Assembly: GCA_010909165.1 (NCBI GenBank)
Contig: VJWM01000287.1
Coordinates: 1 to 64,000 of the forward strand
Source of the DNA: Anthoceros angustus
Lineage: Eukaryota > Plantae > Anthocerotophyta
DNA: 64,000 bases
Direction: 5' to 3'
Positions 1-12,662 of the stretch are shown here, piece after piece. Under the pieces are notes generated by a model. The model saw only the letters and a program-made list of their open reading frames with translations. It was not told the DNA's origin and made no database searches. The position numbers and the translations under genes are program-made. Each line of letters starts with the position of its first letter. Position 1 is the stretch's first letter.

Positions 1-268
1 ACGGCCACGACAAGGTTACGGTCGACCGCGCATGCCCGTCCTCCACTCGGTCGTCCCACGTGCGTCGTCAGTCGCCCAACTTCTAAGTTACTTTCTGGCG
101 TACTTATCACCTTTGGTCACGGAGTGGGTCCGGACTTATTCCGTTCTTATGCGCGCCGCCATCGAGGCCTAGGTACGTTCCCCACTCCGGAGTCGAGTAT
201 ACTCCGAGTGCCGTCCGGAGTGCTAACCGTGCTTATTTCCCCTTTTTGCTCATTTTATTACTCCTACA
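1..268 (+). repeat. 3' part of LTR-like terminus 'X' (truncated by window start)
   Basis: Shares motifs (caacttctaagttactttctggcgtacttatc; ccgtgcttattt; pyrimidine-rich end ...ttattactcctaCA) with 35670-36029 (+) and 38141-38596 (-). Confidence 0.75.
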
Positions 269-319
269 AAAACAAAACCCTACCTAATTTCTCACCCCTG
301 TGGAAGTCCGTAGTCCACA
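269..319 (-). repeat. 5' tip of a G2-family LTR (starts TGTGGAC)
   Basis: Reverse complement resembles 36280-36335 (tgtggaccgcagactcttccttggggtaggaaatgagttaggttttgtttt), which follows a PPT. Confidence 0.6.
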
Positions 320-420
320 GGCCCGCCTGGATCATCCGATTAGGGCGCCCGTATGTCGGGGCTAGGGACCGCCCGGCGGGCGGAACGGGGCAATCCCATC
401 CCACCACCGGCTTACTCGTA
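320..420 (+). mobile_element. Short fragment of the orphan-ORF element (copy E)
   Basis: gcccgcctggatcatccgattagggcgcccgt matches 30636-30670 gtcccgcctcgcggatcatccgattgcgcccgt. Confidence 0.5.
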
Positions 421-519
421 TGCGGCCTCATCCGACGATCGTGTCGGTCCTTTCGTTGAGCTTCTCTTGACTGGCTCACGGCGATAGTGCCGTGGCATCA
501 TCCCTACGGGACTATGACA
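420..519 (-). repeat. G1 3' LTR (truncated; begins TGTCATAG at 519)
   Basis: Matches 8390-8490 and 18740-18839. Purine-rich gtgaagagcaa lies immediately upstream on the minus strand. Confidence 0.75.
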
Positions 520-529
520 TTGCTCTTCA

Positions 530-3500
530 CGTTCTTGAACTTTTAAATGTCGGAACATATCGGCGAGTCTCCCAAATCTCGGTGGTTCTTCTCCATGGTC
601 ACTCTCCCGGTGACGGTACTCCTTGATGCTTCTTCCATGCAACTCTCTGTCGAATAGCGGTGGTGGAAGATTAGCTGTCGGCTTTGAAACTCCTGCGTTT
701 CTTTGGCTTGTGTAGCTCCCATCCTCCCTTCTTCTTCTACGAGCTCTTGGGAGGTTGCATCCGACTACGCCATTCTTGGAACTCTGGCGGTTTGTCTCAC
801 TTCTGCATCTGAGTCGGTTCGTCTAAAATTGCTTGGGTTGGGGCACCACAAACCTCTTTAGCAAGGAAGAACGTGGGCTCTTGCGGATCATAGTGGCATG
901 TCAGTATATGCTGGTGAAATTTCCTTGTGACACAAAACGGGCCCACATACCTTTAGGACAGCTTGGCTTTGCCCTCTTGCAGCTTAGAATACCTGTTTGG
1001 CCGCACTCTTAACCATACCCAGTCGCCGACTTCATGTTGCTCATCTCGCCATTTTTTGTTTGCATGTGTCGACCTCTGCTGGTTGATGGCTCTCATTCGT
1101 TGGACAGCGTCTGCAAGGGTTTCTCGCATTTCTTCGCTAAGCTCGATTAAAACACGGAACTCCACGGCCAAAGTCCGGTGTGGAATGTTGCGGTGAGTCA
1201 TCTTGAAAGGAGAGTATCCGTTCTGATGTCTTCTTTGAGTTTGTGAATTCCACCGATGGTAGCATGTCTTCCTAGCTTCCTTGCTTGTATCGTGATGGGG
1301 CCTAAGCAAATCTTCCATTGTTTGATTCATCTTCTCACTTGCTCCATCGATGCATGCATGATATGCGTGCTCATCCCCCTTGATTCAGTGTCTTGCGAGC
1401 GGAGACGAACTTCGGAAGTGAACTTGAATCTCATATGATCTCTTGGGGCACTCCATGCTGACCACCTCTTTGATGAAGATTGGGCGCTGTTTGGCTTTGA
1501 TGCTTCCCTTCACGGAATAAAATGAGCTAGCTTGGTGACCCTATCGATGCACAGAGATGGCATCATGTCCCTTCTGGTCTTGGGCAGCGGTGACAAAGTC
1601 GCTAGCCATGCTTTGCCATTTCATCTCTGGAACTTGGAGTGGCATGATCGCAGACCAGCAGGTGGCTTGCGTTCGAACTCTGTGACATGGTAGGCACTCC
1701 TTCACATGTGCTTGACACATTACATCCTCATTTGTTTCCACCACACATCTTTGTTTGTGATAAGACTTATCTATTCCCATGTGTGGTGGGCGTCGTGCGC
1801 ATCATGCAAAAGAGCTGTTTGAGGTACCGCAGTTTGCGGTATGCACAACTTGCCTTTTACACAAGCACCCTTGGTGCACCTTGAACTTGTCGCCGAGTTG
1901 CGTGGGCCTACTAGTGATGAGGCCTTCTAGCTTTGTCAACATCACTTAGATACTCATCTTGCGGAGTGTTCTCGACGCTCTCCATGTGTCCACTCTACTT
2001 TCGGCATTACGTTGCATCTGCGCTGCTCCAGCACGCAATCAAATTGGCTTTGCGGCAATATATGAGATTGTCATGTGGAAGTGCGTGGCCCATCTCCTTT
2101 GTCGAGGTTGAGCAAGGCGCTTGTAAAAATGTGATTACAATTACACAACAAACTCACTCCCATGCGGTAATGTCTCCGGGCTTTTAATGCATACACCACT
2201 GCTAAGCTCCTTGTCGTGTGTGGTGTAGTTGAGCTCTGGCCCTTGCAATTTCTGGACAAATGATGCTCTTCCCTTCTTCTGCGGGCGCTCCTAATGCAAA
2301 GTCGAGCGTCTGTTCTCACGAATGGCTTCTTCATATGCGGCAATGTAAACATTGCGCAATTGCCTCTTTCAAGTTTACGATCTGCCTCTGCATCGTGACA
2401 TGAATTTTGCAAGCTTGCATGTCTCGGTCGAGGCAGCCGTCTTTGCATATTGAGGTATGAAGGACTTCATTTGCACACATGCCGAGGCATCTACGTGAGA
2501 TTGGCGTGGCCAATCTGAATAGCTTGCACCTTCGAGTCAACTTCTACACCGGCGGATACTACGAAGCCGGATAATGCACCTTTGCTGAAGAATTCGCACT
2601 TCTTTCTTCTAGCAAACATGCTCTCTCAAAGTCACTAATGAGGTCTTTGTGGTCTGCATTGGCGAGTACACGAATATCGTCCACAAATACTTCCACGAAC
2701 TTGCCAGTGCGGCCTCAAAATCTTGGTCATCAAAGTTGTAAAGCTTGCAGGCGTTGGTCATACCAAAAGGCAAGACAAGGAGGCGATAGTGCCATCGTGT
2801 TACGAAGGCGGTTGAATTGTCCCGGCCTTGATGCGGATTTGATGGAACCCGCCTGCGGATCCACCTTGCTAAACACAGGCTCGGCAAGATTATCCAATAT
2901 TTCTTCGATCGCGGCATAAACCGATTCTTCACGTGGGCGTTCAACCCTCGGTAGTCTATGCACATGCGCACTTTGCCATTCACAGCGCCAGTCACCGAGC
3001 TGCGTATGGGGACACAGACTCCTCTATGAGGCCTTTCTTCAAAAGGTCGTCCCACTTGCACGATAAGTTCTCTGGTGGTGCTAGTCTATAGGGACGGGCC
3101 ACAGGGTTTTGGCTCGGATGAGATCTATTGCATGATCCACATCACGTCTTGGTGGCAATCCTTGTGTCTCCTCAAAACGTCTTTGAACGCTCCAAAATTT
3201 CCTTGACTCTTGGGGTTCCTCGTTCTCTCCTTTGATCATGGGTGGTTCGTACATCCTGCTTATGCGAGCTTGTAGGCTCTTGCTCTCGTTAGCTGAACAA
3301 GAAGGCGATACTCAACGTTCCGGCTTTGATGGCCTTCCTTGCGGTCTGGTGAAAAGAGCTTGATGCACGGGCGTTGGTGAGAGCCCTGACCGCCACCCTC
3401 TCTCCTTTCCAGCTCAACGTCATTTCATGCCTCTAATGATATTTCGGGTCAAGCCGCCATAGCCAATCCTGTCCTAACAAGACTTCATGATGCATCTAGG

Positions 3501-3720
3501 ACTTCGAGCCCCGACATCGTCTTCATACCCTTGAAAGGAGATGTCACTTGATTTCGTGCATGTTTACTCTTCGATGGCTCCATTGGCTAACTCATGTATT
3601 GTTCCATTTCCTTGCAAAACCACTTGACACTGCATCATCCCGCCCGCATAATCGTGTGTTGAGCCTCCATCAATGAGAAAGGACACCGGGTTCCGCCACC
3701 CAACATGCCATCAACTGGAC
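530..3720 (-). pseudogene. pol: G1 pol (protease, RT, RNase H, integrase), frameshifted
   Basis: ORF fragments 953-1330, 1541-1780, 2071-2448 and 2609-3061 carry gypsy pol motifs. Confidence 0.9.
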
Positions 3721-6500
3721 TGGGTGCTTCGATGTTTGTAAGTCTCACCGCAGTCTTGGTTTTTTCCAGCCTTCCTCGGCAATACCATTCTTTACAACCA
3801 TCCGACTTGGGTTGCTCGATGTGTGCAGCTCATCACTTGATTCGGGCTGCACTTGTGCAAGCATTAACTTTGGCAACGATGCCCAAAGTTGCTCCATTAT
3901 TTCATGCCTCACCACCATACATGCCGCTGTAAGGGCAGCCTCTAGCCACACATGATTCGGCTCGACATATGAAGCAAAGCCTTTGGCCATGAATTTTTTT
4001 CTCCATCACTGGGTCAATTCAATCGGTATTTTAATTCTCCTTGCTTACCATTTGTGCGACCGGCCTTGCGGAATTCAAATTGGCTTCATGTGCCTGGAGA
4101 GCCCCTGGGTGTGATAGACTACCAGAGCCGTGAGTAATTGCCGCTTGGTTGTGGCGTCAAGATGAAACACCAGGCTGTGGCCTTCACACGAGGTGTTCGG
4201 ATGTCCATGGGCTGCATGCTCTCCATGTTTTACAACAATACATGTAGCTTATCTTTGATCGCATCGCGCAAGACTTTGCCAATTTGCTTCTTGCCCTGAG
4301 ATCGTGCGCTTAAATTGCTTCCATGAATGCAAGGTGAAAGTCTTCCAGTGCTCTGCAGCTTCCAACGCTGCATCGTGAGTGCCAACCGATGTCATGATTT
4401 TGGCGGCTTGTTTTGCTTTTTTTTGCCAGCATCGTTAAGAGGATAGGAGGAGTTAGCCAATAAGGCCATTTTCGCCGATTGCACTTACAAGCAAGCCCTA
4501 GACCCTTGGTCCGCTGAGGACGGGAGTGGTCCCGGCGAGGTCCGATGGAGTGGTCCGCCTCGAGGTCCGACGAGTGGTCCGCCCGGCGAGGTCCACGGAG
4601 GGTCCGTCCGGCGAGGTCCGATGGAGTGGTCCGCCCTGAGAGGTCCGGTGGAGGGTCCGGCCCGGCGGTCCGACCGAGTGGTCTGCCGTGTGGTTTAGTT
4701 TGGTGGCATCGCCTGCATGGACTCATCAAGCGGGAAGCAATGGTGCAAGAAGTCCGGCCAGTTGATGAGCTACGTCCCCGGGTTACTAATACCCTGTGGT
4801 TAGGGTACATACATAGTGTGGTTAGGATACATAGGCGGGTTAGGTTAGTATGGGAGTATATAGAAGGCTCAAGGCCCAAGACGGCATTATCCCGTACCAT
4901 CTTCGCGCCCGTGTGCTCTGCCTTCGTGCTCGAGAGCGAGTGAGTTCTCGGCCACCCGTGCAGTGATTAATTGGTGGTAGAGGATGTTTAGAGCTCGTGA
5001 CGCTCCGCCAACACGCTTGATGGGTGCGCACCGGGACGGACTCGAGCTCGTGGAGGTGCTCATGGGTGAATTCTCAAAAGTAGACTAACCTTGAGGCCGG
5101 AACGGAGGTCGTGGAGTTGCAGTCATAAGTCACTTTTCTACGTAACGGAAGCGGTCGGAGGGATTAGGAGGCGCTTGGGGGTGACTCATTGGAAGCCATC
5201 CTTGAGGCTGAACGGAGGTCGGAGTTGCAGGCCGTGAAGCCACTTCTGACGTAACGTGAAGCGGTCGGAGGGATTAGGAGGCGCTTGGGGGTGACCAGGA
5301 AGCTATCCTGAGGTCGCTGGAACGGAGGTGGGCAGTAAAGCTTCGCAGTAACGGAAGGTACCGGAAGGGGCAAAAGGCCTCGGTGTGAATACATCGGCGT
5401 GTTGGTGTTGTGACTACCACCGGTGATGGATAAGAGAGGAGGGCGGCTATGGCGGGGAGGTGAGCTGTGGGGACAGGAGCCGGGCGGAGAGATCGATGGA
5501 GGAACGCTAAACCTGCCCGTGGTAATCGAGAAACCCGTGGGTTTGTGGGAAGGTCCGCGGTCCGTCCGACGAGTGGAGGGCACAATTAGGGTTGTGGAGC
5601 CGCCGGACCCAACATGATGAAGTCCGTCTCAGGAGTGTCAGAGAGCTTGTGCATTAAGCACGACCATTCCCCGTGGAACGAACTCCTTACTACAACGACA
5701 CGGGATTGCGGCGCGCTACCGCCATCGGCCAAAGTCGCGCCACACGCTATGTCGACCAACACCTTTCTTTGTGATCCTTGGCAAAAGGTCCGCAGCATTT
5801 CTGGACTTCATGACATCCCAAGATTGGATGGTAGGCTTGTCTCTTTTGTCGCCTTCGTCCCACCACGCCCGCCAAGTGAGTGTAATGGGCTGCAAATCAA
5901 CCTTCTCCTTTTCTCGTCATACTCATCGCTCAAGTAGGTCGAGAATGCATGTGCCTCCTGCACTTGCCTGGGCCGCGGTCCCGATGACCAAAACTTCAAA
6001 CTTGGCACACTTCCTCAAGTCGCTGCCTCGGATGGCTCAGTCCCTCATCGTGCAAGCTTTCCTTGACTAGCCTGCCACCGCTTGAGTCTCGAGCTCTATG
6101 CCTTGCTACTTGCAATCTCCTTGCAATTTCGCCATTTTGGGATCCTCCCGCCTTCTTGTGCTGCACTTGAACTCAAATGCTTAAGAGCCACGCCGACGCG
6201 ATCGTGGCCAGCAGCCGAGCAGATATGTATGTGCAGCTGGGTGCACATCGGGGCTCATCATTTCCTCTATGATCGTGGTTGACCTGCAAGGCTGCTTCGT
6301 CGATGGCCTCTTGTCCCGAGGTTGGCCTTTGAAGCACTTGAGCAAGCATGTCTCTCTGCTTGTTCTCGCTCGCATTTTGTGCAAGCAACTCGCTACCTCT
6401 CATGCTGCATTTTTGTTCCTCCAATGTGCTGGTGGATTTGTTGAGCGCCTATGCGGGTTCAACCCCACCGCAACATGATCTCCCGTATGTTCTCGATCCG
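3720..6500 (-). pseudogene. gag: G1 gag, split by an insertion at ~4507-5744
   Basis: Retrotrans_gag-like W..MK..FLP..H.RKVL at 5745-5870 resumes near 4505. Degenerate CCHC knuckle near 3810-3870. Confidence 0.7.
4507..5744 (+). mobile_element. Terminal 'Y' segment of the orphan-ORF element (copy D) inserted in G1 gag
   Basis: Ends actccttactacaacgacacgg...aaagtcgcgcCACA like 31405-31455 and the reverse complement of 31668-31730. Contains gagtggtccgcc..gaggtccga tandem repeats (4520-4685) and a ~110-bp triplication (5085-5350). Confidence 0.75.
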
Positions 6501-7439
6501 GACGCTGCCCCTCATGACCGCCCAGCAAGCTCTAACTCTGTCACTGTGTGTGTCCGTGATGTGTTGCCCCTCCGGCATTGAAACTCCGCCCGCCTCGGCT
6601 CGCCAGTGTGTGATTCTTTTCTGGCTGCCCCGGTTTCTTTTGACTCCACCCTTGCGCTAGGCTCCTCGTGTCTTCACGCCCGACCACGCCTGGCCTGAAT
6701 TGAGCCGGATCAGCCTTTCTTCCACTTCGCCATGGATCTAGTCCGCCACGCAGCCTTGATGAGATAGTATCACCGTCCATGTTTTTGGCGCTTGAAATTG
6801 AACTCCGACTTTGTTCCTCCTGCCAACCGCAATGTTTGTCTTTGGCACAACACGTGATTCCCACCACTTGCACGGCATTTGGTGTTCACGCGCTATTCCG
6901 ATTGACTAGTCCAAGCGCACATGCCGATCACTTCAAGGCAAGTGACTAGCCTTGCTTAGTATGAAAACTCATCGCTCCTCACCGCAAGCCTTTTTCGTGT
7001 GGGCCTGCAGGATCCGCCGAGGAATGGTCGATCTCTTGAAATCAGCCGAGCGGATTAGAACAAAGCGCGCCGTGGATTGGAATCGATCCTTTTGGTGAGT
7101 CTTATGGGATGGCTACGTAATCCGCCTACCGAGGCTCAAGCTCAATAAATCAGCCCGTTCGGCCGACATTGCGGCTCTAGGAAGCCCCGATGCCGCCATA
7201 AGGCTTGTAGCAACATACCATGCCTTTTGTTGTGAGAGCTAGCAACTGGGAACCTTGATAATCAAGCAACGTGGATTCGCTGATGATTCTTTACAGTGAT
7301 TCGACTCTCCACAATTAGTCCAAGATCCGCTGACCAGTGCAGATGCGATGAGAACGTTTCTTCCAGTGAGCACACTTTTCACTTCGCTCGAGATTGTCAA
7401 TCTCGCAACTATGCACCAAGAAACACAAGAACTCGGCCA

Positions 7440-7760
7440 AATGCCTCAAGGCTGCCTTGGGTCCAAGACCACGATCGCAAGGTGACAAGAGCTCACATCA
7501 AAATGCTCTCTTGCATCGCCTTTGGGTCCAAGACCTCACGATCGCAAGGTGACAAGAGCTCAAGTATCAAAATGCCTCTATTGTCTTGGGTCCAAGACCT
7601 CACGATCGCAAGGTGTGAGCTGAAGACATCAAAATGCCTCTTGCATTGTCTTGGGTCCAAGACCTCCACATTGCAGGTGATAAGAGCTCAAGCATCAAAA
7701 TGCCTCTTGCATCGTCTTGGGTCCAAGACTCACGCAAGGTGACAAGTCTCCTTGAGCTCA
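7440..7760. repeat. ~65-bp tandem repeat, ~5 copies, in the G1 5' leader
   Basis: Unit atcaaaatgcctcttgcatcgtcttgggtccaagacctcacgatcgcaaggtgacaagagctcaagc. Confidence 0.9.
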
Positions 7761-8099
7761 AATCCTCTCGGCCTTGGCGCACTTGCGCTTTCTCATCCTT
7801 CTACAAGCGCACTAGCACACATTTTTGCACCATGATGGGAGCGTTTGCCAGCCTGAACGGCATTGCTCCGTTCAGCTCTACATTCTTGATCCTTCTTGCT
7901 CCACTAAAGCTGTTTCGCTTCTTGCCTTCTTTTTCCTTGCACCTTCCCAGCGCGCTCCCCATCTTCCCCGAATGACCACGCTCCCGCTCCAGTGATCGCT
8001 CCTCCCTCCTGGACCGTCCGTCATGAGCCTTTGTACCAGCAGGCACAAATCCAATCAAAGATCTGGCAATTTGTTGGAGTCATGTCTCCTCGTCGGCCG

Positions 8100-8111
8100 G
8101 CCTCGATACCA
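8100..8111 (-). promoter_or_regulatory. Primer binding site (tRNA-iMet type) of G1
   Basis: Minus strand reads TGGTATCGAGGC, versus the canonical TGGTATCAGAGC, next to the LTR end. Confidence 0.75.
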
Positions 8112-8115
8112 GAGA

Positions 8116-8490
8116 TGTAGACATCTCACGAGCTTGGGGGTCCAACCACAGTGAAGTGAAGACTGCGTGAATCGAGAGTCGATTATGGGAGCACTGGTTC
8201 TTGTACCCCAGCGTCCGGGTTCGCGTTTCTTTACGAGCTAACTTAACTCTTGGATGGGTTAGTGACTGGGGGTTAGCTTAATCCCCGCCCTAACCTCTAG
8301 TTCTAACCTTGTTTCCTTTGTCTAGCTCTGGCGGCTATGTCCTAGGCATGCCCTCTGGCGTGCTCTGCTGCGGCCATTACTAAATATACCGGCCTCATCA
8401 CGGGCGTTGATCGGTGTCCGATTCCTTCTCGATTCGAGCTTCTCTTATTTCGGCTGGCTCCGCGGCGATATTTGGCGTGGCAAATATCAT
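8116..8490 (-). repeat. G1 5' LTR
   Basis: Adjacent to the PBS. Homologous to 18477-18839 and 420-519. Confidence 0.85.
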
Positions 8491-9210
8491 CTGCCATCTA
8501 ACTACTATATATAGATGTTTGATATATACATGATGTAATTATGTTCACCACCAAAAGATGAGCAAGAGCGAATTTCTATAAACACTATGTATGGATGTTT
8601 GTAATAATTATAGTATGTACTAAGAAAAGACAAGCTAATTTGGTAAGTTATCTCTAGGTTGTGTATCATGGGTCCTATAAAAGGGGTCACTATCATGAGC
8701 CTTACAAGTGGTTGGTTGAGTCGCCATCCTCCACCTCTTTAAGTTGTGGTAAAAGGAGTTAAGCTTCCCGGAGTCATCAATTGCCCCTACAATGTCGAAT
8801 GCGTGAAGAGTAAACGGCCTACAAACAATAGAGGAAGAGGAGGAATAGCTGCTATTTTTACCACAATCCTCAAGGTCTCTCTTGGTTGTCCTCTCTTGGA
8901 TGGGCTTTTCCATCAATTTTTCTCCCAATAAAAACTTTTTCTTCTTTGAGTTTCGTGATCGAGAATACTACCAATGCCATCTACCTCCAACTACTATATA
9001 TGGATGTTTGATGTAATTTTGTTCACCACCAAAAATAAGTAAGAACAAACTTCTACATACTATGAATGGATGTTTGTAATAATTATAGTATCTACTACAA
9101 AAACAACAAGCTAACTTGGCATATTATATCCGGTGGTGTATCAAGGGTTGTATAAATAGGAGCTATCATCTGGGCCTTACAAGTGGTTGGTTGAGTCCTT
9201 ATCCTCGGGT
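8490..9210 (+). repeat. Tandem AT-rich promoter-like module (2 copies, ~485-bp period)
   Basis: 8495-8720 is similar to 8980-9200. Each has a TATA-like box (tataaaagg / tataaatagg) followed by ccttacaagtggttggttgagtc. Further copies at 18180-18465 and, in part, on the minus strand at 14920-15030 and 21300-21400. Confidence 0.75.
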
Positions 9211-9365
9211 GGAACAAGTGAGGAACGTTGAGCATTTGAGTTGCTTGGGATATTGACAAAAACCGCAAGCGTCGGTTGAACATAAATATTTGAGAGAAAT
9301 AAAGAAATATATTTGAAAAAATAAAATATATTATAAAGACATAAGTTAAAAGGCTTTAAATCACA

Positions 9366-9626
9366 ATGGACATGCCAACTAGTATGAGGGAAATAATATT
9401 TGATGCTGCTAAATATGTTGTAAGCGACGATCAACAAGTGCGATGGATGAAACAATTTGTTGTAGCATTTGTCTTGACGATATTAAAAAGACAAGAGATC
9501 ATCAAGATTAATGCATGTGGTCATATTTTCCACTACGAACCATGTTTTATGCCATGGTTGAAAATGAATCTTACATGTCCCAATTGTAGGGTAGAATTCT
9601 TTATTCTAGTTATGAACAAACAATAG
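9366..9626 (+). pseudogene. RING-H2 finger gene copy 1 (frameshifted)
   Basis: INACGHIFHYEPCFMPWLKMNLTCPNCR. The N-terminal CxxC is out of frame. Confidence 0.8.
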
Positions 9627-10239
9627 AACATCACGGTATCATTTCATGAGGGAGTAATATCTATAACCTTCAAAATGGAACAATCTACCTTCTAGGATTA
9701 CGAGGCCAACCTTTACCTCGGTCTTTATTGAAACCTTGCAAATATCACGAATACAATTTTTGGTGGACTCTTACCATTAGCACATGAGGTGCTTATGTTT
9801 GATTGTGGATGATGACCCATATAGGAGAACATACATGTTGAAATGTAGTTTCTTAGAGAACTCTTAGGCTTAGCATTAGCAAATGAGACCCTTATGTTTC
9901 AAATGGTAAATGATGACCCACATTGGAGGATATATATATCTATATGTTTGATCTAGAGATATCACAAAACGAGATGATGTCTTGCCCTAATGACAATCAA
10001 AATCACAGCTCCTAAAACTCCTTAGAAGTAATTAGATAATTATTCTATTTCACAATCTATGTACCTCTATGATGGTCATCCATCCTTAATGCAGTTTAAA
10101 AATTTTCTTTCTTCTTCTTGCATACCTCACATATCCTTTCTCGGACGCACGAGGTTAACCTTATAAATTGAAATCCATAAATCATACTAAATAAAGTCGA
10201 TAATGCGTATCTATCACATTATCACACACCCATCGCCCA

Positions 10240-10560
10240 GCCGAAGGAACGCTCTTGAAAGTGGAAGGCATCGATGCGGTGCACGCATATCTCCCTCCAT
10301 AGCACTCGATGGCGAAGCCATGGTCACACGACGGCGGCCCGCCAACCCGTTCACGGCTGGTGCCGTCTGACTGCCGGGGCGTTGCAGTGCGTCACGATCG
10401 GGTCGCCTAGGGTGGGGAGCGTGGGGTTCGGGCGGGTATGGAATACCCTGCCGTGAGGCGGGGATTGGAAGGGGGAAGGGAAATGTCCCCGGATCGTGAA
10501 TGCGCTGGATGTCGTCTCTGTGTGCGCCGGAGACTCCAGGGCACCAATGGCCTCAAAAAG
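10240..10560 (+). pseudogene. Class 3 lipase remnant
   Basis: QCVTIGSPRVGS and RIVNALDVV match the lipase at 44580-45175. Confidence 0.65.
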
Positions 10561-12620
10561 CTTCAACTCAGAACACTTCGACACCAAGCATTCACATCTC
10601 ACCTACTATGGTTAACGCCTACTATGGTTAACACCTTGGGAAAGCAGGGCTCCTCCTGCTCAATTTGCCCATGTTGAACTAGCGTCTCACCCGAGCCCTT
10701 GTGGTGCATACGCCGCAATCAAGGCCGTCTATCAACACCTTTGCCGCGAGGGCCATCCACCCATTCGAGGTCGAAAGGGCAGCTCAAGGGCTCACCGCAC
10801 GAATATCGGCGGAGATGACCCGGAGAAATTGTTATGGGGGACCCAGAGCGTCATTCCACAATCCGGATGTCATGCATTAGTCCCGTGTGATAGAAGCAAG
10901 GCAAAGACCCAAGACGGTTACCCTGCGTAGCAGCTGGTTTGGTGAGGGTGGTCTAGTGGTTTGGCCTGTGATAGGAAAGCTCTCTCAGAAGAATGTGGGC
11001 AATCGATAGTGTAGTAGGCAGGTGGTAGTAAAGAGGATCGGATACATTGTGCACAGGGGCGGACCTTAGTAAGAAACCAGCTAGTACCTACTACATGACC
11101 AGTAGCATAAACCCGTAAACCGGAAAACCATCCCTAATGCAAGAATGTTGGTGGCTCGGTACACAAGAAGTGCAAGAATGTTGCACGGAGACCACTAGCA
11201 TCGACTTCCAACATCCACTTGAGACTATTCCAACGTTCTGAATGCACACAGTACCCATTAAAGGAAATCGAGTGATAACTTTGACATTTTAGGTGTAACT
11301 TACAGCCTTTTGCTGCAATTTCATCTTTTCTTGACCATGGTTTTCGGATGCTCGACATTCCTTGTGATAACTTCTTGCAAAAGTTCTTGCCACGTTCTCT
11401 ACTTGTAGCTGCCAACAAATCACGTAACGTCTTGGCCAACTCGTCTTTTGGAACATACCTTTCGGTGAAATCCTTGTAGTCACCCAGATCATGGTTTCAG
11501 CCATCTTGTACCCACACAAGTTGTCGGTGGTATTGGTAATGCAAAACTTGTCGCAAAGATTAGTCTAAGACCAACCAATACTTTGTAGCCTGGAAACATC
11601 GAGATGTAACCTTCCGTTGGTCTACAATGTCGGAGTAGACAACCACAACATCCTGCGGTTAACTGAGGTTATAACATAGAATCCCGCGGATGTGTGTACC
11701 TTAGGCAACTCGAGCGGAAACAACAATTGCATCTTGAGCCGAGGTGTAGGAGACCACTGCAAGGTTGACTTTTCTTCTCCGAAGTTGCATAGCGGCACAT
11801 GGAAAGAGCAAATTTTGCGACTCACGAGATCCTCTATCCTCCTACTCCTCACATCATCAAACACGGGAAGGAGATGGTCGTTGATGTAATAATGTGAAAA
11901 CGATCTGGAAGCCCACTCGAAATCAACCACATCCAACACATTTAAGTCTATAGATGGCACAGTCACAAATGGTTACTTGAACTACCAGGAGTCTTAACAT
12001 AGAGAATTGAGCAACCAAAGGCGAGGAAACCAGCAACTACCCATACAAAGGAAGGGCAACATGAGAAAACCTCACAATAAATCAAGTTCAACCACAGATC
12101 AAACCAAAACAAAGGGTTTTTCGCTCGGAATGGGGCGGCGTGCAAAGGAGGAAAATATTTTTTGCATAGCTCTCATGATGTAAGTTGTTTATGCATGATA
12201 CTTGCATGATTGAAATAGAGATGGTGCATCTCAATTTCGAGCGAGGCTGCAACTACTAGGCATGTGCGGACTTTTCTTGACATGCATTCATACGAAGCCC
12301 GACATGATGTAAGCATTTTGTGCAGAATGGCGGCTTCACCATTTTACACATTTGATCGGTAGACATTAGCCCAACGATTGATCATGAAGCAATGTTGGGA
12401 GCTCGTGTATGCTTTATTATGGATGCGAGGCTAGGTATGAGGCTGTGATGTGCAATTTGTTATGGATGGAGCTACGAGGCGTTGTCCTAACGATTGAAGA
12501 AACAACTTGCTTAAAATGATACTCAAGATTATGGATGACATAATTGTAAACTTTTTTAACTTTAGTCACATTGCCCTTTGTGCCGTCTTTGAACTAGGCA
12601 TATTTAGAGAATTTAAGTCA

Positions 12621-12621
<1 letters not shown>

Positions 12622-12661
<40 letters not shown>

Positions 12662-12662
12662 T
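12622..12662 (+). repeat. (AAT)n microsatellite
   Basis: About 12 units; shorter and interrupted in the duplicate at ~19040. Confidence 0.95.

Larger units (their letters stand above)
420..8490 (-). mobile_element. Degenerate Ty3/gypsy LTR retrotransposon (chromovirus-like, family G1)
   Basis: Minus-strand order LTR-PBS-gag-PR-RT-RH-IN-LTR. Motifs: gag WWD..IQSWDVMK, protease FLIDGGSTH, RT VRMCIDYRGLN and LVLPFGMTNA, integrase PLQVPEMKWQSMASDFVT and EVGDWVWLR. Many frameshifts. Confidence 0.93.
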
